Shown here: positions 38,816 to 52,429 of the stretch, in pieces
Position numbering within the stretch: the stretch's first letter is position 1
Layout of the letters: each line of letters opens with the position of its first letter
DNA from: Eledone cirrhosa
Lineage: Eukaryota
Direction: 5' to 3'
Assembly: GCA_964016885.1 (NCBI GenBank)
Contig: OZ024756.1
Location: 32,426,001 to 32,490,000 of the forward strand
DNA: 64,000 bases
Position numbers and translations under genes: made by a program
Notes under the pieces: model-generated
Told to the model about the DNA's origin: nothing
What the model saw: the letters and a program-made list of their open reading frames with translations, nothing else
Database searches by the model: none

Positions 38816-39584
38816 GCATGTATCACTGCTCTAAGGTGATGTTAACCTTTTAGTAAGATATTTCAAAGAGGTATAGTTCAAACAGGTGTAAATCTTTGTT
38901 AGTGTAAGCAGTATCATAAAATAAATAGAGATATCCCACGCACAGTAGCGTGATAAACAGTGTCAATCAGTTGATATTAGACATGCAACGGGTGGAATAT
39001 ATCAGAATTCATGCAATAGGAAGTGAAGCTTCAAAATATCAAGTTATCTAAGTACAAAGCGGAAATGGTTTCTTTCTTTTTGTGAAGGTAATGTGGATCT
39101 GGTTGGAATGTTCGGGACTTGAAATGAACGCATTTTGGCTCCCTCAGAGAGACGGATAGAGATAGATATATCGACAGAGAAAAAGAGAGACACACATATA
39201 CATAGATAGAGACAGGGCAACAGAGAAAGAAGAGAGAAAAAAAAGAAACAAATATATATATTTCTCTTTTCTCTGTCTCCTCTCTCTATCTTTCTCTCTC
39301 TGTTGTTCTGCTCTTTCTCTCTCTTTCTCCGTAACCCAACGGCTTATTTAAAAATATCCAATACTAACTTACCTAATAATATAATTAAAGTTATAACTCC
39401 ACTATCCGGGAGCTTCCAACATTAATGGTTGCATTCTTTAAGGGTATGTCAATATTTATTTATAAATCTGATCTATATTATATTTTATCTTATGAAAGCA
39501 CACCATAATTTAACTTGGTGTTCTTGAAATATGTATAATGAAATACATATGGTTTTATAAATATAGTTTCCATTTGTTAATATC

Positions 39585-39621
<37 letters not shown>

Positions 39622-39707
39622 TATCGAGGTATCGTTGAAGGCAATCCAATGTTTATACTTTGACTAAACCCTATTGTAAAGCCGGTCTGTGTTATTCTGC
39701 ACTCATT

Positions 39708-39778
<71 letters not shown>

Positions 39779-41036
39779 AAAAGCAAAGCAAGGTTTCACA
39801 TTAAGGTCTTTATTGATTCCAGACAGTTACAACCTTTTCACTGATGGGTGTCTCAGAATCCATGCAAATTCTATAGAGCCGACTCCAACTCATCAGTCCA
39901 ATTAATTAAGCAAAACGAAAATCTTATATATATATATATATATTAGAGAGCGAGATTGGAGAAGAAAATTATCCGGGTACATAATTGGTCCTTCACTTAT
40001 CTAAATTAGCTGAGAATATAAATCGAAATTAGCCTCAGCAGTATTTGAGCTGAAGGATCAGAGATCCTGAAAGAAAAGCGTGAACAATTCTGTGGAATGC
40101 TTTAGCTTTTATGCCAATTCCCTACCTTAGCTGCATCAAATATTTCCAACAGAGTTGACACCCACCCTTATATTAGCACGCAAGATTGACATTCCTTCTA
40201 CTTCTATAGTTGTTGCTGTTGTTGGTAGTGTTGATATTATGATTCACACTAATGCAGTTTTCACAGGTTTCCTCTAACACTAATCTCATCTCATTCATCT
40301 TGGACGTTTAAATGATTAGCTGACCTGATTAATTTGTCACCATATTTACAGTGACAGAATGCGGAATCTGAACTACCAATGCTCCAACAAATCTTCCAAT
40401 GATAGTCTTAAATGAAATATCTTTGACCATAGGTCTATTCGATCAGCATTGATCTTGGGTTAAACTACACCAACAGAGAAGAGACTGATGTTATGTGGGT
40501 GTTATTGTTGAGTAACACTTATTTTCTTTGTTGACCATAGGTCTGTTCAGCCAGCATTGATCTTAGGCTGAACTATACTGATAGAGACGAGACTGATATT
40601 ATGTGGGTGTTATTTTCGAGTATCACTTCTGTCTGATATTGAAAAATAGTCAGGAATTTGTAGGAAGAGGAAAAGTCAATTATATCTACTCCAGTATGTA
40701 ATTGGTACTTTATTTTATCGGGAAGAATAAAATGTGACTTCGGCGGGATTTGAATTCAGAACGTAGAAAGTCGTAATGAAATGAAGCAAATGTTTTGCTC
40801 GACCCTCCACCAATACTGGCAATGCAGTGAATTAATTTGTAAAGTAAAACTGAACACGTTAAGAGAGAGAGAGAGAGAGGTGTGGGAGTTCGATAAACTG
40901 TTAAGGATTAATATATTTATTAATACCAAAACATATAAGGCAACAGGAATACCCAAGGTGTAAGGCAAAATGCATCATATACATTAACCTTTTAGAACGG
41001 GGAACCACATTGTCGCATATTATGTAATATCGATAT

Positions 41037-41084
<48 letters not shown>

Positions 41085-41176
41085 AGAGAGATACACGTTA
41101 ATAAATAACAAGAGCTATATTTACTGATGACCAAACGCTTCTCTCTTTCTCTCCTGTTCTCTGTGTGTGTATATGC

Positions 41177-41233
<57 letters not shown>

Positions 41234-41251
41234 TACACTTCTCTATCTCTC

Positions 41252-41288
<37 letters not shown>

Positions 41289-43036
41289 CTTCTACCACCT
41301 CACATTTATTTCCTATTATTAATACCAATGAGAATTCTGTTTGCTCTTCATTTCCGTCAAAGCTGTAGATGGTAATATATGAAATATTGCCATCTCTCAC
41401 AAACAATAGTTGATCTGTGTTCTGAGTCTGAATTAATGTCATATGTTGAGTAAAATGGCGACCAGTCACTGGCAGTCGTATATACACACATACATGCATA
41501 CGTACATTCATACATACATACATACATACATACGTACATTCATACATACGTACATACATACATATATACGTACATTCATACATACATACATACATACATA
41601 CGTAAATTCATAAATACATAAATACATATATATACATACTAGACACACGTGAGACTCATTGAGAACATATGGAAAATTCACAAAAAAGACTGATTGTCTG
41701 AAATAAACGCACTCTAACACAAGCCGGGCACCTACACACATACACACACACATACTTACACACATATACAAATACATATATACACAAACACACAAATATA
41801 TACACACAACCACACACACACATATATATATGTACATACACACACACATATAAATATATATATATATATATATATATGTATATGCACACAAACACACACA
41901 CACATATATAGGTATATAAACACAAACACACACACATATATATGTACATACACACAAATAAACACACACCCACATATATATATATGTTTTCAAACACACA
42001 TATACACACTTCAGAAAGACACGAGATCCAACACGTACACAAGACAAGCACAACCACACCCACACACAAACACACATACACACTAACCAAACGTATATAC
42101 GCGCATATATATAGATAAACTATTAATGCAACATACATTTGACCGAGATACAGTGTATATTAAAGTTTGGAAAATTCCCGGGGGCACAGCTACTAAGGAA
42201 CAACTTATTACTTTTTTGCCGCATTGTTTACTAGAAATGTATTGGAACGAAAATGCCCGTGGTTTAGAAGTTCTGATGCTGGGTTCCTGTTCATAAAGTC
42301 GTGAGATAAATTGCCGGATCACACAGGATGGTTTTGTGAAGGGTAGAAGTTGCTCATGCAATGCATGCCACCTTTCTACCCGATGGTATTTTCAAACAAA
42401 TAGCAACAATCGAAATAGATTAGCTGCGATGTAAAATAAAATGGCTTGCTCAAAGATACAAAGCACCGCTCGTTCGTACATCAGATTTGCAATCTTACGA
42501 CAGTGAGTTCAATATTGCAACCGCTAAGATATGAACCGGGTAGAAATTAATAGCACATCTGGTGAACATTCGAAAAAGTATATTGCTTTTCAATGGGCGT
42601 TAACAATTTAAAGAGAATTTTACATGAAGTAAATCGGAAAAGCATTGCGGGATTGGCAGCGCGGAACTTCTGTTTTATATTGAAACAAGGAACACACATA
42701 TACACGCACACACGCACATGCACACATAAACACGCACTCGTTGGGATTGGCGCAAAGAATTTATACACAAGACACGCACACACAAACACACCCACAAACA
42801 TGCACACATAAACACGCACTCGTTGGGATTGGCGCAAAGAATTTATACACAACACACGCACACACACACACCCACACACATGCATACACAAACACGCAAA
42901 CGAACACTGGCTGGGATTGGCGGTCAGAACATATACACACAGACGCACATGCATACACCAAAAACGAAAAGGACACTGGCTGGGAATAGCGGTCAGAAGC
43001 TGTACAGACACACACACACACAAATACAGACACACG

Positions 43037-43121
<85 letters not shown>

Positions 43122-44054
43122 CCATATGTTTGCACCAATGAACAATACAGACATATACACACGACGTATACACACACTGACATTGACGATAAAATAGCTA
43201 CGGAGATATACACACTCGCATAAAGGCATACATGTATTGGAACCAGGAAACTGTACAGACAGGCAGGCAGACCTATGTAAGACTCTATTAATATGTAAAT
43301 ACTGTTTTGAGTATGTCAAAGAAAAACCGTTACTGAGACTATACAGAATCACACACCCATCTATCTTCGTTTCCCCCCCGGGGTACGACTAATATCTCAT
43401 TACACACCAATTCTCTATTCAATAGATTGTATTTATATATATACATACATAGGACCATATGTGTGTTTATACATATGTATACTAAAGCACACATACACAC
43501 ACGCATATATATATATATATCTACATGCACACACACACAAATATATATATATACACACATATAAACATGCATATAGACTTACACACATGCATACATATAT
43601 ATATATATATCTACATGCACACACACACACACATATATATACACATATAAACATACATATAGACTTATACACATGAATACATATATATAAATAGATAAAT
43701 AATCCCGTTGTCAGTGCAAACTTTCAGTGAACTTGACCGTTTTCTTGTCAGTAACTAGGACGAGTAAAGAAGGAGTGTTTCCAGACTAGGAAACATGGCT
43801 GGTGTATTTTCAAAAGATTGAAGTAATGTTAAGACACCCAACAGCTAAGTGGTGGTACAACACCGGGTGAACAATTGGGGCTTATAGACCCAAGATATAG
43901 AAAATATTCTTTCAAGGGATTCCACACAGTCTACCAATATTCCACACGCCTACCAATATTCACTCACAAGCATGTGATACTGATTCATCATAGACTTCAA
44001 TTAACTCTTTCTTTACTTTATTTTCAATTAAAAACACTTCCTATACTTTTTATT

Positions 44055-44610
44055 TAATCAAGAATTCGGAGTCATTTTGTAACATATCTAACACTCATTA
44101 TTCAGCAGAGCACAACTAAGACCCTCTCATTACCATGTTTCCAATGAAAAACATTGCCTACGATTTTCAAATCATTTTGAAATTAATCAAGAATTTGGAG
44201 GATCTTGTAATTTAAATAACTTTATCAATATTAAGCTGGCATTTGAGGCATAACGAGAACCCTCTCATTACCGTGGATCTAATGAAAAATACTGCTTATG
44301 AATTTCGCATTGTAATGAAATTAATCAAGAATTTGGAGTGATTTTATAATACAACTAAATTTTACATTATTAAGCTGGTATTCGAAGCATAATTAAATCC
44401 TTCTCATTACTGTGTTTCTAATGATAGACTCTGCCTACGAATTTGAAATCGTTTTGAAAATAATCCAGAATTTTGAGGGATTTAGTTATTGAATTAAGTT
44501 TTTCACAGCTAAGTTGTTGTGTGGAGTAACATTTTAGCCCTTTCGTCACGACATTTTTAATGCAAAAAAAAAAAAAAAAATGCGGCAAATGATTTTCAAA
44601 TATTTTCGAA
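44055..44610. repeat. Diverged ~139-bp tandem repeat, ~4 copies
   Basis: CCCTCTCATTACC-like starts at 44121, 44259, 44398 and 44537, with recurring TTAATCAAGAATTTGGAG and TTAAGCTGG. Confidence 0.75.
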
Positions 44611-44612
44611 AA

Positions 44613-44794
44613 TAATTGTTTCTACTTTAGGCACAAGGCCAGCAATTACCCAGTGCATTACTGGTACTTTATTTTATCGACCCCGTAAGGATGAAAGGCA
44701 AAGTCAACCTCGGCGGGATTTGAACTCAGATTGTAAAGGGACGTAACTATGCTGTAAAGCATGGCGTCCGACCCTCTACCGATACTGCCAATCC
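44613..44794 (-). mobile_element. Near full-length SINE
   Basis: Reverse complement of the consensus including A and B boxes. Confidence 0.92.
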
Positions 44795-46051
44795 AGGTGA
44801 TTTGTAATATAACTTTATGATTAGTAAACTGGTATTTCGACATAAAATTATTAAAAAAATTCTAAATAAATATAAACACTAAAGAATATAGCTGTATATG
44901 AGAGAACCGTGCACGGTTTCAGACGTTTTATTATCTAAAGTGTTAAATATACTTTTTATAATAAATGAAGTACGCGGTAACATCAAAACCAAAATGTCCT
45001 AATTTCTCTAAATATTAGTTGAATAAATATTATAACGTACATCTGGTGGTGGACAGAAGTGAACAGACACCTGCGGGGAATCGAACCACTTGTATTTGTT
45101 TTAAAATTGTGTCTGATGGAATACGAACTAAGATGAACCCTCAGATAATATACATTTAAATATTTAGTCATCTCAAATCTACACATTTCCACTGAAAATT
45201 CTGCTGATGTCGACTTTGCTTTTCATCCTACAACAGTAGATAATATAAAGTATCAGTGATATACTGGGTTGCTTTTAACCGACTTTCTCTCTCTCCCATG
45301 TGTCTGTATTCGAAACACTTATTATAGATATATTTTAGAGTATTGCTGTTGGCAGAACCATAAATGTGTTTTGACTCTGTAGCCTTTGAATTCAAATCCC
45401 ACCGATGTCATCTTTGCCTTTCATCCAAAAATAAAGGACCACTCTAGTTGCGGGGGCGATTCTTTTCGATTCCAAACATATGACCCTTTGTTTGAAAAAA
45501 AAAACTATTATTATTGTTTATAAGTTTCTATCTAAATGGGTTTGATGGAAAATTCAGAAAAGATGAACACTCGGACAAAATACCTGTAGGTATTTAGTCA
45601 ATTCGACGCTCTACACATTTTAATTTTACTGTAAATTCCGCCGAGGTCGACATTCTCTTTCATCCTCATGTTTGTTGTAGAAATCAATATATATAATATT
45701 AAGTGATACTAAGCTTGACATTGCACCGTTACTAAAACTGTTGGCATTTAGCCAACGAATCTTCTAGTGAGTGCGCAGCGGGGGTTCTGAAACACTTCAG
45801 TTTAAAATGTAGCAATGACATTCATATCTACTTTAGAGGGAAGCTAGTGCTAACGAGTTGTATTCAGGTAGTAGGTAATAGGGAATGTAGTAATGTGATC
45901 GTGTTGCAAGCAATAAATTCGTGGTTCGAAATCAAAACAATTATTCGTTTGTTCATCTGCAGACACACATATATATATACGTAGAATATAATTAAATATC
46001 GTTTATATTTAACACAAAAATGTGATGCGCGCCGCCGCATGCAGGCAACCG

Positions 46052-46082
<31 letters not shown>

Positions 46083-46214
46083 TATGATCATTATAAGTAA
46101 ACCACATCAGCACATCGGTTCCGAATGTTATATGAGATGTGGAACACGCATAGGACTCGTTAGCCATTGAAATTAAAAATGCAGGCTTCATCGTTGGTGA
46201 TGATTTAATACATC

Positions 46215-46251
<37 letters not shown>

Positions 46252-46336
46252 GAAAAGTTGAACAGGGACAGAACAGAGAGGCAGTACGACAACTGTTTAT
46301 TAAATTCACGCTCAGGAGAGTGGGGGGTAGGTGGGG

Positions 46337-46370
46337 GACGACGTTTCGGGCATAAGCCCTTCTTCAGGTG
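46337..46370 (-). ncRNA. Minimal hammerhead motif in a PLE pLTR-like fragment (~46250-46450)
   Basis: CAC-CTGAAGA-A-GGGC-TTAT-GCCC-GAAA-CG-TC^GTC. Intact core, palindromic ACGT, stem I only 2 bp, AATAAA downstream. Confidence 0.7.
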
Positions 46371-46448
46371 AGAGTTCAAAAGGTGTGTAGGGGAGTGGTG
46401 GAGAGACATATAGCGAAAGGAAACGGTGCGAATGAAAAATTAATTATT

Positions 46449-46512
<64 letters not shown>

Positions 46513-46516
<4 letters not shown>

Positions 46517-46803
46517 AATGTAACGTGCAGTTACTGTAGGTTCACCAGAGTGAGTACACGATGCATAGATTCCAGTTGGTAAAGAGGTATATAACTAAGC
46601 AGGATGTAATTATAATAATACTAATAAAAAACAAAACAATTTATGTCTTCATTGCGTTTATTGAGTAGTGGCGAGCGTTTCGCTATTGATCAGCTCAAGG
46701 TTCGATCTGTATCGATCTAGCCCGACGCTAGAATCAAAAGCACGTCTGACTTCTGTTGTGGTAATGAAAGAAGTCGGGCTAGATCGATACAGATCGAACC
46801 TTG
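46513..46803 (-). mobile_element. Family E element with perfect 31-bp inverted arms
   Basis: Arms at 46696-46726 and 46773-46803. Tail matches 21817-21868. SINE 3' fragments follow at 46803-46925. Confidence 0.8.
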
Positions 46804-47168
46804 GCCTTGTGCCAAAAGTAGAAACAATTATTAATATTATTAGTAATATTTCATCCTTACGGGGTCGATAAAATAAAGTACCAGTAATGTACTGGGTTAT
46901 TACTGGCCTTGTGCCAAAAGTAATAACAAGTATTAGTAATATTATCAGCATTATTATTACTGAAACAAGATACATAATCAGAGCTTTGTTAAGCTAATTA
47001 GTGAGGTGATATGCGTACTTATTTGCTTAAACACTACAGATAACATCTAGACAGTAATAGATAGATTGTATGTGGTCTCACAACCTGCTTGAAATAGCAG
47101 TTAGCAATAACTCTTAAACATGAATAAATTACACATTAGTTTGACGTTTATTATATGAAGTTTGTATA

Positions 47169-47795
47169 AGGCGGTGAATTGGCAGTAAGGCGGTGAATTG
47201 GCAGTATTGGTAGAGGGTAGGATATGCTTTCCAGCATAGTTACGTCCCTTTACAATCTGAGTTCAATTCCCGCCGAGGTTTACTTTGCCTTTCATCCTTA
47301 CGGGGTCGATAAAATAAAGTACCAGTAATGTACTGGGATAATTGCTGGCCTTGTGCCAAAAGTAGAAACAATTATATGAAGTTTAACTTTGCCTTTCATC
47401 CTTACGGGGTCGATAAAATAAAGTACCAGTAATGCACTGGTGTAATTGCTGGCCTTGTGCCAAAACGAAGAAGCAATTATATGAAGGTTAACTTTGCCTT
47501 TCATCCTTACGGGGTCGATGAAATAAAGTACCAGTAATGCACTGGTGTAATTGCTGGCCTTGTGCCAAAACGAAGAAGCAATTATATGAAGGTTAACTTT
47601 GCCTTTCATCCTTACGGGGTCGATGAAATAAAGTACCAGTAATGCACTGGTGTAATTGCTGGCCTTGTGCCAAAACGAAGAAGCAATTATATGAAGGTTA
47701 ACTTTGCCTTTCATCCTTACGGGGTCGATAAAATAAAGTACCAGTAATACACTGGGATAGTTGCTGGCCTTGTGACAACAGTAGAAACAATTATA
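47169..47795 (+). mobile_element. SINE with its 3' 105 bp tandemly repeated five times
   Basis: One tRNA head, then units starting ~47278, 47381, 47486, 47591 and 47696. Confidence 0.92.
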
Positions 47796-48164
47796 TGAAA
47801 ATGAAAGTAGTGGATCGAAGGTTGACCCTGGGTTAAACCAACGACAATCATCAACACAGCTACCCCCCCCCCCCTCATCACCACCACCGCCACAACTAAC
47901 CACTCCTCGCCTCCTCCACCAACACAACTATCACTTCCACCACCACCACCATATCTACCCACTCATTACCTTCACCAACATAACTACCCACTCTTCACCA
48001 GCACCACCACCACAGCTACCCAGTCATCACCACCACCAACACCATATCTACCAAGTCATCACCACCACCAACACCAACACAACTGCCCAGTCATCACCTA
48101 CACCATCACCACCACCACCACAACTAACCACTCATCATCACCACCACCACCACCACCAAATCTA

Positions 48165-48395
48165 CCCAGTCAGCACCACCACCACCACCATATCTACCCA
48201 GTCAGCACCACCACCACCACCATATCTACCCAGTCAGCACCACCACCACCACCATAACTACCCAGTCAGCACCACCACCACCACCATAACTACCCAGTCA
48301 GCACCACCACCACCACCATATCTACCCAGTCAGCACCACCACCACCACTACCATATCTACCCAGTCAGCACCATCACCACCACCATAACTACCCG
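48165..48395. repeat. 32-bp minisatellite, ~7 copies
   Basis: Unit CAGC(ACC)5ATAWCTACCCAGT. Confidence 0.9.
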
Positions 48396-49087
48396 CTCCA
48401 CGCCACAGCGAAGAATCTACGTCACATCTGTTTACATCAGCATACTAACTGTTATCTCAAAATTTATCATCTCTTTGGCAACAGCATTTATTGATACAAC
48501 GCCACCATCCCGACACCCCACCCAGACACCCCACCCTGACACCCCACCACACCATGCCCCAATCCCATCATCATCATTGCAATCAATGAGAGTTGGTTAA
48601 TTAGATCCAATCATTCCCATTAGATCGCTTGTATGTGTGTGTGTGTGTGTGTGTGTATGCGTGCGAGGTATATGTATGTGTGTATATATATATATATGTA
48701 TGCATGTATATATATATATGTGTGTATATATATTACATATATATATATATTATATATATATTACATATATATATATATTATATATATATTACATATATAT
48801 ATTACATATATATATATATTATATATATATTACATATATATATTACATATATATATATATTATATATATATTACATATATATATTACATATATATATATA
48901 TTATATATATATTACATATATATATATATTACATATACATATATATATTATATATATATATTACATATATATATATATTACATATATATATATATTATAT
49001 ATATATATATTATATATATATATATTATATATATATATTACATATATATATATTATATATATATATTACATATATATATATTATATA

Positions 49088-49595
49088 TGCAACGTTTTTT
49101 GAAATATCCAGTTCTGCGTTTACAGATTGACTTTGTTAGTTTCAGAAGATCCCGTTAAGGGTGAAAGCAGCGATTCTTTGCTTAAACTTTAATCTGTTAT
49201 TTTAATAAATATTTGCTCTACTGTTCTTATATATTTGATATATATTTATCCTTATCGAGCCCTCTTTGGATTTTAGTCTTCAAATTTATTATTATGACTA
49301 TTTGGCTCCCTCGGTTGAGCACTCTACTGACTTATATTCATCATGCAGAAACAACACCTGAATATTTCTACAAAGAACATACCCGTACCAAGCAGGAAAA
49401 CATACCTAAAACTCCTGTCGCCAGCGAACGTTCCCACGAACCAAAGTATCGTCTTCCTGTCTTTCTCCGGTTGCAACGTTTTTTGAAATATCCAGTTCTG
49501 CGTTTACAGATTGACTTTGTTAGTTTCAGAAGATCCCGTTAACGGTGAAAGCAGCGATTCTTTGCTTAAACTTTAATCTGTTATTTTAATAAATA

Positions 49596-49596
<1 letters not shown>
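49088..49596 (+). mobile_element. Family G element, 384-bp unit with 125-bp direct terminal repeats
   Basis: 49088-49212 and 49472-49596 are nearly identical. Each has the hammerhead-like CAGAAGA-T-CCC-GTTAA-(G/C)GG-T-GAAA. Flanked by TA-rich arrays. Confidence 0.8.
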
Positions 49597-49667
<71 letters not shown>

Positions 49668-50248
49668 CTCTCCGCTATTACATATATATATTATATATTA
49701 TATATATATATATTACATATATATATTATATATTATATATATATTACATATATATATTATATATTATATATATATATTACATATATATATATTATATATT
49801 ATATATATATTACATATATATATTTATTATATATATTATATATAATATTCATATATATATTATATATAATATTCATATATATATACTCACAAACATATTT
49901 ACGTACAAACAGATATATATATATATAAATATATATACACATATACTCACGCACAAACATATTTACGTACACACATACAGACACACATATATACATATAT
50001 ATACAACCGTATATAAAAATCTATACACAAATTCACAAACATGTGTATATTTACATATATCTATAACATGTATATACAAATATATATATATAAATATAAA
50101 ATACACGCACACACACAGGCATACATACATGCATACATACGTGTGTTTGTGTGTGTGCATATATATACATATATACATGTGTGTGTGTGTGTGTGCATAT
50201 ATGTGTGTGTGTATCCATATATATATATATATATATATAATAAATAAT

Positions 50249-50436
50249 TATTTCTACGTTAGGCACAAGGCCAGCAATTACCCAGTGCGTTACTGGTACT
50301 TTATTTTATCGACCCCGTAAGGATGAAAGGCAAAGTTAACCTTGGCGGGATTTGAACTCGGAATGGCAAGGGCCGTAACTCTATACGTCAAAGCATGGCG
50401 TCCGACCCTCTACTAATACTGCCAATCCACCGCCCT
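50249..50436 (-). mobile_element. Full-length SINE
   Basis: Reverse complement of the consensus. Confidence 0.92.
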
Positions 50437-50948
50437 AATATATATATAATAAATAATATATATATATATATGCATACACACCTACACGCACATATATTTT
50501 TATATATCAGATTTCTGTTACTCTTTTTTATCCTTCCCACTCTGCACATATTGGGTGCGCCTGCCTTTAAGATAAATTTAGTAACCTCACATTTAACTTT
50601 TCTCTACTGACACTTCTATATTTCACGAGTTAGTCACAATTTGAAAAACGGAAACCTCACATACACTAGCAGAACTATCTACTATATAATCTCCTGTTTA
50701 TGATTTCCTTAAATAGCTACCGAAGATTATTATCATTTGGCAGAGTTGATAGAAAGTCGGATAGAATAAACTATCATATTCATTGTAGATCGTTGCATTC
50801 TAGTCCTGCCAATGTCAACTTTTCCTTTGCGTTTTTCGATAAAAAAAAAGTACCAGAAATGTACTGAGGTCGAATCCCTATTTTCGTTTCCCCACCTGTC
50901 ACTCTCTCTTTCCCTCTTTCTCTCTCTCTTTTCCCTCTTTCTCTCTGT

Positions 50949-51012
<64 letters not shown>

Positions 51013-51744
51013 CTCTCTCTGTCTGTCTCTCTCTGTATGCCTCTCTCTCTCTCTCTCTCTCTCTGAGGGATGGGCTGTGTTGAGACCGGGAAATGAATGT
51101 CGTCTGCCAGGTTTTAAAATGTCTGCACTTTCCAAAGCTACTTCTCTCTCTCCCCCTTCACCATATCTCTCTTATATATATATATTTCATGTTTTTCTAT
51201 ATCTATAATCTTTTCCCTACTTCTCTCTCACTCATTGCTTACCACAATATATATATATACAATGTTATATATTAAAACAAACAAACCATCGTGCCAAGGA
51301 ACACATATGGACATACATATACTCATATAGATATACACACATACGTACACACACATACGTACACATTACATAATGTCTCACCCATTCTTTCACGTGTGCA
51401 ATCGACCTTACATATATACATACAATCCTATACACACATTGCACTACACAGACAAGGATGCATCCATACAAACATGCATCTACACACACATCTGCACAAA
51501 GGCATAAGAAATATATGCAAACGCAGTCACAGACACTCCTTCATATACGAATTCATAGATTCATACATACAATCTCAGACACACACACAAAGTTTACATA
51601 AATACACATACAAACGGAAGTGTGAAACTCATATACACAGATTCACATTCTCATAGACACCACCAAACATACACATACACACACACACACGCACATACAC
51701 GCAAACATACACATAAAAACGGAAGTTTCAGACACTGCATTTAC

Positions 51745-51889
51745 CCATTCCCCACGCAAGCCCTTGTACATGATCCAACACGCTAAAAGAAAAAAACAAA
51801 CAAACATAGTTTCGTTGCCAAAGCATCATCATCTTTTCTGCTGTTATGCTGAGCCTCGTTATGAGATCCGCCAAGCAGTCGGCGGCCAT
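51745..51889 (-). CDS. Candidate first coding exon
   Basis: tcaATGG start, MAADCLADLITRLSITAEKMMMLWQRNYVCLFFSFSVLDHVQGLAWGM+G|GTAAAT phase-1 donor, unique sequence, long (GA)n upstream at 52308-52412. No homology recognised. Confidence 0.35.
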
Positions 51890-52305
51890 TGAACACAAAC
51901 AACAAACCACACACTTTTCATCAAACATTCAATACTATTCATTCCTCGTACATACCCCCATTTCCTTTTATCCCCCTAACACACCCTTACCAATAATCGA
52001 TCTGTCCGTTTTCACATTCCTTTTCTTTTCCCTTTTGATTCCTTTCTTTTCAAATTCCTTGATTTTATCACTGTTTTAGCGATATCTTCTTTTCTCTCCC
52101 TCTCGATTTCTTCATAAAGCGCCGTTCGACTTATGCTTTACTTTGCTTTGCTTTGCATTCTTTCAAGTCTTTTGTAATTCCATCTTAGAATAATTCTTCC
52201 CTCCATTTTATTTTTATTTTTCATTTCTTTCTCCCATTTTTCTTTCTATTTCTCTCAATATATGTAACATATATATACACTCATTTATGTATATACATAT
52301 ATGTA

Positions 52306-52429
<124 letters not shown>

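Noticed and set aside
39815-39900. Minus-strand CTGATGA...GAAA motif
   Set aside because: Stem I does not pair and stem III is ambiguous. At best a heavily decayed PLE end.
40422-40615. ~108-bp diverged duplication (also ~75-bp repeats at 42700-43000)
   Set aside because: Ordinary local tandem duplications without further structure.
47278-47795. CRISPR-like appearance of regular repeats here and at 781-4850
   Set aside because: No unique spacers, no cas genes, eukaryotic context.
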